From the NCBI GenBank assembly GCA_043747615.1, contig JAYTOU010000033.1:32001-96000 (forward strand): a stretch of DNA of 64,000 nucleotides, written 5' to 3'. Origin of the DNA: Myxococcales bacterium. Its GTDB lineage: Bacteria; Myxococcota_A; Polyangia; Polyangiales; Polyangiaceae. The notes beneath the pieces are model-generated. The model did no database searches, had not been told where the DNA came from, and worked only from the letters and a program-made list of their open reading frames with translations. Within the stretch, counting starts at the first letter, position 1. Each line of letters opens with the position of its first letter. This document shows positions 54,499 to 63,989 of this stretch, piece after piece. Both the position numbers and the translations under genes were made by a program.

Positions 54499-55578
54499 AT
54501 GAGATCCCATCGCGTTGGTTTCGTCCTTGCTGCCGCCCTCCTCTCCGTCGGAGCCGCATGCGGAGGCTCGCCCGATTCGAGCTTCGGCGGCGCCGGCGCT
54601 CCCAATGACGGCACGAGCGGACGAGACGGTGGCGGCAACGGGCCGGCCTTCAATGACGCCGGCGCAGTCAACCCCGTCAACGCGGCGTGCGCGACGTCGA
54701 GCGCCAGCGGGCAGCTGACTCCGGCCAACCTCGTCTTCATGTTCGATCAATCCGGAAGCATGGGCGGCCCCAACATGTCCGTGAAGTGGAGCCCGGTGAC
54801 GGCGGCGCTCTCTGCATTCTTCAGCGACGCGGCGTCGACAGGCATGAGCGCTTCCCTCCAGTACTTCTCTCAGGGGAGCACCTGCTCGTCGAGCAACTAC
54901 CAGACCCCAGAAGTGCCGCTGAGCCCGCTCCCGTCGCCGGCGTTCGCGTCGTCGATAAGCACGCATTCACCGGCCGGCGGCACCCCCACTCTCCCCGCGC
55001 TGAAGGGGGCAATCGATTACGCGAAGTCCACCGCCGCGGCGAAACCGGGTGAGAAGGTCGCCGTCGTCCTCGTCACCGACGGCGACCCGAACGACTGCAA
55101 CAGCACGGTGAGCAACGTCGCAGCCGAAGCCGCTACCGTGGCCGCAACGATCCCAACCTACGTCATCGGCGTGGGAAGCGACTTCGGAAACTTGAACGCC
55201 ATGGCCGTCGGCGGCGGAACTGGCTCGGCCATCTTGGTCACCGTCGGCGACCCGAACAAGACGAAGGCCGATCTCGCTGCCGCGCTGAACAAGATCCGCG
55301 GAGCGACGGCCTCCTGCAGCTTTGCAATGCCGAAGCCCCCATCCGGGCAGGTCCTCGACATCAACGCGGTCAACGTGCAGTTCACGAGCTCCGCGGGCCC
55401 GCAGACCCTCGCCTACAACAGGGACTGCACGGGCGGCACCGGATGGCACTACGACAACGCGAGCGCGCCGACGGCGATCGATCTCTGCCAAGCGACGTGC
55501 GATTCGGTGAAGGCGGCGACCGGAGGCAAGGTCAGCATCGCCTTCGGCTGCGCAACGCTCGGCGGCGTGATCAAGTGA
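54499..55578 (+). CDS. vWA (MIDAS) domain lipoprotein
   Basis: Lipobox GAAC; MIDAS DQSGSM, TPT, VTDG and YVIG; Cys-rich C-terminus typical of myxobacterial vWA lipoproteins. Confidence 0.88.
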   Translation: MRSHRVGFVLAAALLSVGAACGGSPDSSFGGAGAPNDGTSGRDGGGNGPAFNDAGAVNPVNAACATSSASGQLTPANLVFMFDQSGSMGGPNMSVKWSPVTAALSAFFSDAASTGMSASLQYFSQGSTCSSSNYQTPEVPLSPLPSPAFASSISTHSPAGGTPTLPALKGAIDYAKSTAAAKPGEKVAVVLVTDGDPNDCNSTVSNVAAEAATVAATIPTYVIGVGSDFGNLNAMAVGGGTGSAILVTVGDPNKTKADLAAALNKIRGATASCSFAMPKPPSGQVLDINAVNVQFTSSAGPQTLAYNRDCTGGTGWHYDNASAPTAIDLCQATCDSVKAATGGKVSIAFGCATLGGVIK

Positions 55579-55606
55579 ACCGAGTCCGTGCGGTGAAGAA
55601 GCTCGT

Positions 55607-58600
55607 TTAGATTCGCATCAGCTCGGGCTTCATAGCGAGAAGCCTCGCGAGCCAGGCGTCGGAGAGCTTCTCCTGCATCGAGTTTGCACGAAGGCGCGAG
55701 CGCAGGTGCGCAAAGTCGACGCTGCCGAGATCCTGGTCCTGGTTGTAACAAGAGAAGACCACGGTCTCCTTCTTCGTCACCGGATCGATGTGCTTCTGGA
55801 GGCACTGCGCGCAGACCTCTTTCATCATGCATTGCATCGGCGAGTTGATGCTGGCGATGGCGCGGTGCTGCGGATTCAAGAACGGCAAGAGCACGCTGCG
55901 ACGAGCCTGTTGCGCGGCGTGCATCATGCGATCGGAGCCGATGGCGATGATGCGATGGACCCCCGAGAGCGGGATCTGCTGTGGCCCGAGCTTGCCCGTG
56001 GCGTAGGCCACCATCGCTTCTACGATGTTGCCGCGGAAGTGTTTGTCCTGCGGTCGGCGGGGGAGGATCTCGGCGCCGGTGTCCGTCGTCCAGACGACTT
56101 GATCGGTGAAGGCCTCGATGTCGCCCTGCTTGAAGAGGTCTTCGCCTTTCTTGTAGCCGGCGAAGTAGAGAACGCTGGAGCCCATGGCCTTGTAGGCGCG
56201 AGCGATCGAGAAGAGGACGGCGTTGCCGAGGCCGCCGCCGCAGAGGAGCACGGTTTCGCCTTTGGCGATTTCTGTGGGCGTGCCCGTCGGCCCCATGAGG
56301 ACCACCGGCTCGCCGGGCTTGAGAGCCGCGCACAGGCGTGAGCTCCCGCCCATCTCGAGGACGATCGTCCCCATCAAGCCTTTTTCTGCGTCGATCCACG
56401 CTCCGGTGAGGGCCAGCCCCTCCATCGCCAGGCGCGTTTTGTCCACCATCGGAGCGAGGCTCTCGAAGTTCTGCAAGCGGTAAAACTGGCCGGGCTGGAA
56501 TTTACGCGCGGCCATGGGCGCATGCACCACGACCTCCACGATCGTGGGCGTGAGCCGATTCACGGCCATCACCCGAGCCACGAGCTGCTCGTCCATCGTG
56601 GCGTAAAGCGCGCGGAGCTTGGCATCGCGTGCGGGCTGCGTCGTCGCATCGAGCGCCGCCATGTCGGGGAAGAGGGCGACCACGTGCGGGTAGCCGTCCT
56701 TCGCGCTGGCCATCGCCTTGACGACGCTGCCCGCATAATGCGGGTGGTTGTCGCCGTAGAAGCTGACCGTCTTGTCGCCGTGGAGGTAGCTGGTGAAGAA
56801 GCCTTCTCGGAGGTTGGTGACGGGGGCGAGAGTCACGTGGCCGCCTTCGAGCGTGGCCTTGAAGCTTTTGAAGAAATGCTTGCGGGCGTCGAGCTTGAAG
56901 GTGCCTTCGTACTCCCGCTCGTAGGTCACGTTGGGGCTGGTGCCAGCAGCGACGCACACCGTCTTTGCCGGAAGCTCGATTTCCGAGCCGTCTTTGCGCT
57001 GGAACTTGACCGCTTGCACTGCGCCGCGATCGTCGAGCACCGCCTCGAGCGGCGAAAGATTCTCGATGTAGTGCACACCCTCTTCGAGGCTCTTCATCAC
57101 CTCTTCGTGGTTCAAGCGGTACGCAGGCGAGTCCTGGAGCGTCTTCCGGTAGACGAGGGACACCCCACCCCATTGGTCGAGGAGCTCCTGAATCCGCGGC
57201 GGCCGGCCTTCCTTTTCGGCGCGCCCCCGCTCGTCTGCGAGCTCCTTGGCGTGAGTGAGGTGGACGTTGAGCGTCTCCCACTCTTCGTCGTCAAACATGG
57301 CGCGGATGGCGGCTGGGCCCTTGTCGCGCAAGAGGGCAGAAAAGCGCTCGTCGCTCTTTTCGATCTGAACGACGTAGTAGGCGAGGAGCTCCGTGGCGGT
57401 GTCGATCGCCGTGAGCCCGCCGCCGATCACGATCGCCGGGAGACTTACTTGCAAGTTCGCGATCGAGCTTTTTTTGTAGGCTCCGGTGAGTTGGAGCGCC
57501 ATCAAGAAGTCGCTCGCTTTGCGGATGCCCCGGGCGAGGTTGTTCTTCATCTCGATGATCGTCGGGCGGCCAGCACCGGCGGCGATGGCCACGTGATCGA
57601 AGCCGAGGCTCCACGCGTCGTCGAGGGAGAGCGTGCCACCGAAGCGAACCCCGCCGTACATCTTGAGGTGACGGTGACGCGAGAGTGTGACGTAAAGGAG
57701 CGTGAGGAAGTTCTTGTCCCAGCGAACGGTGATTCCGTATTCGCTCACGCCGCCGAAGCCGAGGAGGATCCGCTCGTCGAGCTCTCGATGGAGCGTGGCG
57801 AAGTCGTGCACCGGCATCGGCGGATGGTCGTGATCGCCGACGAGAGAGGCGGGCAGGGGCTCGAGCTTCAGTCCGTCGACCGCAACGACGCCGAAGCCTT
57901 CGCACGCCAGATGATGGGCGAGGGTGTAGCCCGCGGGCCCGAGCCCGACGACGAGGACGTTCCTTCCGCTGTACGGCTTGGCAAACGGACGCGCGATGTT
58001 GAGCGGATTCCAGCGCGTGAGGAGGCCGTAGATCTCGAGCCCCCAAGGGAGCGCAAGCGCCTCGGTAAGAACGCGCGTTTCGATTTGCGGGATGTTGACC
58101 GGATCCTGTTTCTGGAAAATGCAGGCCTTCATGCAGTCGTTGCAGATGCGGTGTCCGGTGCCCGGGCACATCGGATTGTCGATGCACACGAGAGCGAGCG
58201 CGGCGAGCACGTCTCCCTCCCCGCGCATCATGTGCATCTCGCTGATCTTCTCTTCGAGCGGGCACCCCTCGAGGACCACGCCGAGAGGATTCTTTTTTAC
58301 TTCCTTCGTCTTCGGATCGCGGAGGCCCTTGGAGCACGAGTCCTTGTCGCGGTTGTGGCAAAAAATGCAGTAGTCGATCTCGCGCTCGACCTCTCGTGCG
58401 GCCCCACGCGGATCTGTCAAAAGGAAGCTGCCGCGCTCGCGACGCTCCTCTTGCGGGCCTACAAACAGCTCGGGAAAGTGGGGGTCGGGGCGACGAATCT
58501 GGACGAGGTTCGCGTGGTCGAGGGTGTGCGGCTGATGGAGCGAGTCCCAGCGGTGCGCTGGATCGTGGTGATCGTTGTGACGGTGATGGAGCCACGCTTC

Positions 58601-59269
58601 GATGGCCTCGAGCGCGAACGCCACATCTGCAACAGGTGCCCCTTCCGGAGGCGGGAGCGGCAAGGCGAGAGCCCCCGAACGAAGCGCATCACTGACGAGC
58701 TTCGCGCGCTCCTGTAGCTCGGGCGTGAACACCACACCGCCCGCTTTGGCTGCCTTTCGCGCCACATCGTCGATCTCGAAGAGAAGCATCGTGCCGGTCG
58801 CGAAGGCGAGCTCCTCGTCGAGATCTGTGCGCGCGATGACGGCGGCGATCGCGGCGTTCGAAACGTTCTCTGCGTCGCCGACGGTCAATCCAAGCGCGGC
58901 CCAGCCCTTCCCCGCGTCGCCGCGAAGAATCCGTTTCTTCGCGAACTCGCGCTTGAAGCGCCACAGGGGATCGCGGCTGCGCACCTGGCTCCGCAGCTCG
59001 AAGAGCTCCGTATCGACGTCGAAAAGAGCGCCCAAGAACGCGCTCACATGAGGCGCAGCGGCGAGGAGGGCCTCACTCACCGCCTCGGGCTTCATCCCCA
59101 CGCCGCGGCAGCCGCGGTAGGCCTCGAACTGCGCTCGCGCTTCCGGAGCGTGCTCTTCGAACCACGATTGAAACAGCTCGTGCAGCTCGCCGAGACGGGC
59201 GGGATCAAAGAGATCCGCGAACGAAAATCCAGGGACCCCCAGCTTAAGTTCCTGAACTGAGTCGCTCAT
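55607..59269 (-). CDS. Fe-S flavoprotein oxidoreductase: GltD/NfnB-like region fused to a PyrK/NfnA-like FAD-NAD(P)/[2Fe-2S] region
   Basis: CIFCH...CS...GCP, CPGTGHRICNDC...C, GLGPAG and GGGLTAID; then PGQFYRLQ, MGPTGTP, GGGLG and MQCMMKEVCAQC..C. Confidence 0.85.
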   Translation of the reverse strand: MSDSVQELKLGVPGFSFADLFDPARLGELHELFQSWFEEHAPEARAQFEAYRGCRGVGMKPEAVSEALLAAAPHVSAFLGALFDVDTELFELRSQVRSRDPLWRFKREFAKKRILRGDAGKGWAALGLTVGDAENVSNAAIAAVIARTDLDEELAFATGTMLLFEIDDVARKAAKAGGVVFTPELQERAKLVSDALRSGALALPLPPPEGAPVADVAFALEAIEAWLHHRHNDHHDPAHRWDSLHQPHTLDHANLVQIRRPDPHFPELFVGPQEERRERGSFLLTDPRGAAREVEREIDYCIFCHNRDKDSCSKGLRDPKTKEVKKNPLGVVLEGCPLEEKISEMHMMRGEGDVLAALALVCIDNPMCPGTGHRICNDCMKACIFQKQDPVNIPQIETRVLTEALALPWGLEIYGLLTRWNPLNIARPFAKPYSGRNVLVVGLGPAGYTLAHHLACEGFGVVAVDGLKLEPLPASLVGDHDHPPMPVHDFATLHRELDERILLGFGGVSEYGITVRWDKNFLTLLYVTLSRHRHLKMYGGVRFGGTLSLDDAWSLGFDHVAIAAGAGRPTIIEMKNNLARGIRKASDFLMALQLTGAYKKSSIANLQVSLPAIVIGGGLTAIDTATELLAYYVVQIEKSDERFSALLRDKGPAAIRAMFDDEEWETLNVHLTHAKELADERGRAEKEGRPPRIQELLDQWGGVSLVYRKTLQDSPAYRLNHEEVMKSLEEGVHYIENLSPLEAVLDDRGAVQAVKFQRKDGSEIELPAKTVCVAAGTSPNVTYEREYEGTFKLDARKHFFKSFKATLEGGHVTLAPVTNLREGFFTSYLHGDKTVSFYGDNHPHYAGSVVKAMASAKDGYPHVVALFPDMAALDATTQPARDAKLRALYATMDEQLVARVMAVNRLTPTIVEVVVHAPMAARKFQPGQFYRLQNFESLAPMVDKTRLAMEGLALTGAWIDAEKGLMGTIVLEMGGSSRLCAALKPGEPVVLMGPTGTPTEIAKGETVLLCGGGLGNAVLFSIARAYKAMGSSVLYFAGYKKGEDLFKQGDIEAFTDQVVWTTDTGAEILPRRPQDKHFRGNIVEAMVAYATGKLGPQQIPLSGVHRIIAIGSDRMMHAAQQARRSVLLPFLNPQHRAIASINSPMQCMMKEVCAQCLQKHIDPVTKKETVVFSCYNQDQDLGSVDFAHLRSRLRANSMQEKLSDAWLARLLAMKPELMRI

Positions 59270-59550
59270 TATTTCTTTTCGGTGGACTGAAACGCGGTGT
59301 CGGCGAGGCTTCCGTCCTCGAAGCCGAAGTAGATCGAAGCCTGCTTGAGCATGAACTTTTGCCCGTCAGACGACGCGAGGTCGAGGCGGTACGTGTTGAT
59401 GTATTTCACCGAGTCCTTGAGCCACTGGTCCCACGCTTCTTTGGAGATCTCGTTGAAAATTTTCTGCCCGAGCTCGTTCTTGTAGGGCGCGCGCGCGAGC
59501 CCGGGGAGGTCCTTGTTCAGTTTTCGGCAATGGACGATGCGGTCGGTCAT
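59269..59550 (-). CDS. yggX: Oxidative damage protection / Fe(II) trafficking protein YggX
   Basis: IVHCRKL...GL...PY..ELGQKIFNEISKEAWDQW....INTYRL; TAATG overlap with the oxidoreductase start. Confidence 0.88.
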   Translation of the reverse strand: MTDRIVHCRKLNKDLPGLARAPYKNELGQKIFNEISKEAWDQWLKDSVKYINTYRLDLASSDGQKFMLKQASIYFGFEDGSLADTAFQSTEKK

Positions 59551-59600
59551 GATGACCGGCCTTCTACCTTTTTGTCGGCTTCGGCGCCAAGGGTAGGCGG

Positions 59601-60431
59601 CTAAACCGCAAGAGCGTGCCCGAAAAGGGACAGTTGCGTCATCGGGTGGCTGACGGGCGCGGACATTCGCTTCACGACGTCGAGGATCTCGGGGACGCCG
59701 TTGAGGACGGCGCGCACTTCAAGCGAGCCCGATCGTTTTCTCACGGCGGCAAGCGCGCGATCCGGCGTGTTGTTCGTGCGTGAGATGTGTCCGAGGTACA
59801 TCCTTCGTAGGCGCGTACCGATGAGCGCCGCGGCGAGCTCCGCGGTCTGCTCGTTGTCGAGGTGACCGATGTCGCCGGCCACGCGCGCCTTCAAACGCGG
59901 AGGGTACGGGCCCCACTCGAGCATCTGCGCGCAGTAGTTCGCCTCCACGAGCACGGTGTCGCATGAACCTAGAAATGCAGGCAGATCGCTCGGTACGTGA
60001 CCGAGGTCGGTCGCTACGCCGAAGGCATGCGTGGGGGTGGCGATGCGGAGCGCGACCTGGGGCGCGTCGTGCGGAATGGAGAGCGCTTCGATCACGAACG
60101 GGCCCACCTTGAACGGCCGGCCAGGCTCGTAGGAGCGGACCTCGTATTTTTCCCGAACCCGCGGCAGGACGCTGATCCCCCGATGCAGATAGATCGGCGC
60201 TCGTGAGGCACGGGCATGCGGCTCGAGGTGCGCGATGTGATCGCCGTGATGATGGGTGACGATGATCGCCTCGAGACCCGGCAGCGACGCGAAGAGATCG
60301 CCGCCTAGGTCCTTCATTTTGCGGGCTGCGGTGCGCGGGCCCATCCCCGCGTCGACGAGGATTCGCGCGCCGTCCGCTTCGATGATGGCGGCGTTCCCAC
60401 TCGAGCCGCTTCCGAGCACCCAGATGCGCAC
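59601..60431 (-). CDS. MBL-fold metallo-hydrolase (YycJ/WalJ-like)
   Basis: LGSGSSGN, VDAG, THHHGDH, PHDA, TDLG, EANY, GHL.N and HISRTNN motifs. Confidence 0.88.
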   Translation of the reverse strand: MRIWVLGSGSSGNAAIIEADGARILVDAGMGPRTAARKMKDLGGDLFASLPGLEAIIVTHHHGDHIAHLEPHARASRAPIYLHRGISVLPRVREKYEVRSYEPGRPFKVGPFVIEALSIPHDAPQVALRIATPTHAFGVATDLGHVPSDLPAFLGSCDTVLVEANYCAQMLEWGPYPPRLKARVAGDIGHLDNEQTAELAAALIGTRLRRMYLGHISRTNNTPDRALAAVRKRSGSLEVRAVLNGVPEILDVVKRMSAPVSHPMTQLSLFGHALAV

Positions 60432-60497
60432 AGTCGGACTTTACACCTTCCACGCCAGATTTTGCGCTTGGGTTCGCGTACTATCGCCCAACGACCG

Positions 60498-62285
60498 ATG
60501 CCCCAGCCCTGCTCACAGTGCGGCTCTTCGATGCCCGACGGCGCCACCTTCTGCAGCCAGTGCGGTGGGGCGGTCACGTCCGCGAAGGCCGCGCCACTTC
60601 CCGCCGAACGTCCCCCGCAGCGAACGATGCTCGGCTTCGCGTCCAGTCCCGACCCTGCCGTCTCTCGGCCGCCGGCGCCGGCCCCTGAGGTCGCCGCGCG
60701 TGCACGTCCCCTCGGAACGATGGTGGGCATCGCCGCGGTCGATCTCCTCCCGCCGCAAAGCCGTGCTCCCGTGCCCCCGACGTCCTCGCCCCAAGCCGTC
60801 GCGGGCCGGGGCGACAACCAAACGATGCTCGGCGTCGCCATGCCGGGGGTCGCTCCGATTCATGCCGGGCAAGGTGAGCCCCCCGGCCGGGGCGACAACC
60901 AGACGATGCTTGGTGTCGCCGTTCCGGGGATCGCGCCGCTCCAAGCGGGATTCGGCGCGGCTCCGCGATCCTCTCGCCCGATCGAGCCTCCGGTGATCGT
61001 TCCGCGACCGAAAACATTCTTCAACGAACCGATGCCCGAAGCCTTCCGCAAGGCCGCAAGCAAGGGGATCCCACTCGCGCTCGTGGCGGGCGGCGTTGGC
61101 GCGCTCGTAATCCTCCTCGGGATCATGGTGGTCGTAATCTGGAAAAGCGCGCCGCCCCTCGTCGTTCAACCGCGCCTCGGCGAGAAGAACAACGAGCAGC
61201 TCCACCTGGTCTGCGAAAGCTGTCCGGACGGGACCGTAGCGAGCCTCGGCCGCAGCCCGACGATGCCGAAGGACGCGGAGAATCCGACGGCCACCTTCAA
61301 GAGCAAAGAGTGCAACCTCGATCTCGTCTCGCCCCTCAAAGTCGGCGAGAACCCCATCGAAATTCACCTCGATCGCCCGGGCATCGGACGCGACGAAAAA
61401 GTCAAAGCGGTCGTGCCGATCGCCTACCGCGTGCGCGCGGACCTCTCCGACGTCTCGGCGGAGCCTCCGGCGATCAGCGTGCGCGTTGAGACTCTCCCAG
61501 GCACCGAGGTGCGCATCGATGGCAAGCCCGTTGCGCTCGACGCGAGCGGCAAAGGCAGCCATGCCATCGACATCACGGCGGAGACCGAAGGATCGACGGA
61601 GGAGTCACGGGTGATCGAAAAAACCGTCCCGTACGAGGTGACCCTGAAGGGCCAAAAGACAGAGCGCGGAACCGTGTCCGCGAGGGTCGGCGTGGCCGCG
61701 CTTCAGATCGATGCGCCCGGTTCCCATCCCGTCTTCGACACGCCGAAGTTTTTCGTCGCGGGCCGGACGAACAAGGGATCGAAGGTCACGGTGAACGGGC
61801 GGCCGATCGATCTCAGCGCGGCGGGCACCTTCGGCGAGCCCTTCGAGACCCCCGGGGTAGGCGACACGGTTTTGACGATTCGAGCCACACCTCCGCAACT
61901 CGCCGCGCGCACGGTCCACCTGAAGGTGCGGAGGATCGAGCATCTGGAGACCGAAGCGCGCGCCTTCGAAGGCGTGCACCTCCTTGGCTACGACGCCATC
62001 TCGGCGAACATCGCGGCGAGCGTCGGGCAATCGCTGGTCATCGAGGGAGAGGTGCTCGAGTCGCGAACCCTCAACCATCAGACCATCGCGGTGGTGAACG
62101 ATCATCGTGGCTGCGCTCATCGCCCGTGCCCGACGCGCGTGACCCACGGCGCCGACGACGGGCTGCGCCCCGGCGACACGGTCCGCGCGTACGGCCACGT
62201 CACTCGCGCAGTGAAGAACGCCGACGGAAAATCGCTACCGGAAGTGGAAGCCGATTTTCTCATCGTCGGCAAAAGGAAACCGTGA
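60498..62285 (+). CDS. Zinc-ribbon domain membrane protein with Pro-rich repeats, Ig-like domains and a possible C-terminal OB fold
   Basis: CSQCG......FCSQCG; Pro-rich linker; one TM segment; beta-rich C-terminal region. Confidence 0.78.
   Translation: MPQPCSQCGSSMPDGATFCSQCGGAVTSAKAAPLPAERPPQRTMLGFASSPDPAVSRPPAPAPEVAARARPLGTMVGIAAVDLLPPQSRAPVPPTSSPQAVAGRGDNQTMLGVAMPGVAPIHAGQGEPPGRGDNQTMLGVAVPGIAPLQAGFGAAPRSSRPIEPPVIVPRPKTFFNEPMPEAFRKAASKGIPLALVAGGVGALVILLGIMVVVIWKSAPPLVVQPRLGEKNNEQLHLVCESCPDGTVASLGRSPTMPKDAENPTATFKSKECNLDLVSPLKVGENPIEIHLDRPGIGRDEKVKAVVPIAYRVRADLSDVSAEPPAISVRVETLPGTEVRIDGKPVALDASGKGSHAIDITAETEGSTEESRVIEKTVPYEVTLKGQKTERGTVSARVGVAALQIDAPGSHPVFDTPKFFVAGRTNKGSKVTVNGRPIDLSAAGTFGEPFETPGVGDTVLTIRATPPQLAARTVHLKVRRIEHLETEARAFEGVHLLGYDAISANIAASVGQSLVIEGEVLESRTLNHQTIAVVNDHRGCAHRPCPTRVTHGADDGLRPGDTVRAYGHVTRAVKNADGKSLPEVEADFLIVGKRKP
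60804..60938 (+). repeat. Imperfect 54-bp intragenic direct repeat (GRGDNQTMLGVA.PG.AP x2, 81 nt apart)
   Basis: ggccggggcgacaaccaaacgatgctc at 60804 and ggccggggcgacaaccagacgatgctt at 60885. Confidence 0.85.
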
Positions 62286-63562
62286 AGGCCGCCGTCCCGC
62301 TGATGCTCCTCACGAGCGCGGGGCTCCTGGTGGCATCCGCGTCGGCGCAGCGTCTCGATCCAAAGAAGCCAGAGACGCTCATCGTTGGACCGCCGCGTGG
62401 TCCGTCGCCCACCGATCGCGTGGATGGTCAGCGAAGCGGGTTTGCCCGCACTGCCCTTCCCGCGGGACCTCTGCGCGTGTCATGGCGACGCACGTTCGGA
62501 CAAGCGACGGAGCTCCCGGCGCTCTCCCTCACCGACGGCGAAACGGCGATTGTCGTCGGGCGCGGGGAATTGGTGATCCTGGCCGAAGACGGCACCGAGC
62601 GCTGGCGCACGATGCTCGCGAGCGCCGCGGCGAGCGCACCCACGCAACTCTCCGACGGCACTGTGGTGGTCGTGACCTCCGCAGGGGAAGCGGTCGGCGT
62701 ACGGCGCGGCGTGATTCGTTTTCGAACGCGTCTCGGGGGCGATCGATCGCTCGGCGGCCACGTGTCCGCTCTCTCCCTCGAAGACGGCGGGGTGGTCGTT
62801 GCCACGGCAACCGAGCTCACCGCGCTCGATGCCGACGGAGGCGTGCGAGCGCGCGCTGTCGTCTCGGAGACCCTCGCCACACCTCTGCTCGCAGCGCTCG
62901 GCAAGGTGATCGCGATCACCGCTACGGGCGTCGTCTACGGATGGACGCCCGGTCGCGAGCCCCAGCGGCTCGGCAGCTTCGGCGGACCGGTCGACGGCGG
63001 CGCAACCCTCGCCGACGCACACACCCTCGTGGCCGTCATCGATGGGTCGCGCCTCGCCGCGCTCGACCTCGCGCATGGGGTCGTCGTCGCGCGGGCCGTT
63101 GCCGCAGGGGGACTCTATCTCGGGCCTCCGTCCGTCCGCGGTGAGACGGCGTTCCTCCTCTGGCAATCGCAAGGACGTACGTTCACGATAGCAATCGACC
63201 CGTCTGGCCAAGAGATGAGCCGAACGCTCGTGGCCACGTCCCCTCCCCTGCTTCTCGCCGATGGCGGAACGGTGCCGTTCACTTCCACCATGCACACCGG
63301 AACGCTCGTCGATGCCGCGGGAACGATCGCCTTCGCCGCCCCCGAAGGTCGACTCGGCGTCGTCACTTCGAAGGGAACGGTGGAGACGCTGGGCGAGAGG
63401 CTATGTGCCCGGAGCTCGACTGCCTCCAAAGGCCTGGGCAACATCGTTGCGATTGCTCCGGCCACGCACGCGCGCGAGGAGACAGGCGCCATGCTCGCCC
63501 TCTGCGACACCGGAGCGATCGTCAAAGTCTCCTCCGAGGGGGATCCCGGCGTGCCGCCGTAA
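62282..63562 (+). CDS. Secreted PQQ-like beta-propeller protein
   Basis: GTG start overlapping the upstream stop; signal peptide ending ASA; repeats such as L..DGTERWR and LTALDADG. Confidence 0.72.
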   Translation: MKAAVPLMLLTSAGLLVASASAQRLDPKKPETLIVGPPRGPSPTDRVDGQRSGFARTALPAGPLRVSWRRTFGQATELPALSLTDGETAIVVGRGELVILAEDGTERWRTMLASAAASAPTQLSDGTVVVVTSAGEAVGVRRGVIRFRTRLGGDRSLGGHVSALSLEDGGVVVATATELTALDADGGVRARAVVSETLATPLLAALGKVIAITATGVVYGWTPGREPQRLGSFGGPVDGGATLADAHTLVAVIDGSRLAALDLAHGVVVARAVAAGGLYLGPPSVRGETAFLLWQSQGRTFTIAIDPSGQEMSRTLVATSPPLLLADGGTVPFTSTMHTGTLVDAAGTIAFAAPEGRLGVVTSKGTVETLGERLCARSSTASKGLGNIVAIAPATHAREETGAMLALCDTGAIVKVSSEGDPGVPP

Positions 63563-63641
63563 ACGGCAGTGGGCTGGCATTTCTGTATTTCGGCCGTATG
63601 TTCTGGTATCAAGTCGCAGTAGTATCGAGGGAGTAGAGACC

Positions 63642-63965
63642 ATGATCACGATCACCGAAAAGGCAGCAGTGAAGGTCAAAGAGATCGCTTCTTCCGAGGC
63701 GCTCGAGGGCCAAGGTTTGCGCCTTCGGGTCATCGGCGGCGGCTGCGCCGGCTTCAGCTACGACCTCTACTTCGAAGACAAAATGGGCGAGATGGACGAG
63801 GAGTACGAGTCCAACGGCGTAAAGCTTTACGTCGATCCGCTGTCGCACCAGTACCTGGAAGAGACCGAGATCGACTACGTCGAGGGGGTCCACGGGTCGG
63901 GCTTCAAGTTCAACAATCCGAACGTCAAGGGCAGCTGCGGTTGCGGCTCGTCCTTCTCCGTTTGA
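63642..63965 (+). CDS. erpA: A-type Fe-S carrier protein (ErpA/IscA, HesB family)
   Basis: ITITEKA, LRLRVIGGGCAGFSY, F.FNNPN and SCGCGSSF motifs; ATG at 63642 after GAGGGAG. Confidence 0.92.
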   Translation: MITITEKAAVKVKEIASSEALEGQGLRLRVIGGGCAGFSYDLYFEDKMGEMDEEYESNGVKLYVDPLSHQYLEETEIDYVEGVHGSGFKFNNPNVKGSCGCGSSFSV

Positions 63966-63989
63966 GCTTCTCCGTTTGAGCTTCTCCGT
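63953..63989 (+). repeat. 14-bp tandem repeat (CTTCTCCGTTTGAG x about 2.6) spanning the erpA stop codon
   Basis: Read directly: cttctccgtttgag cttctccgtttgag cttctccgt. Confidence 0.9.
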
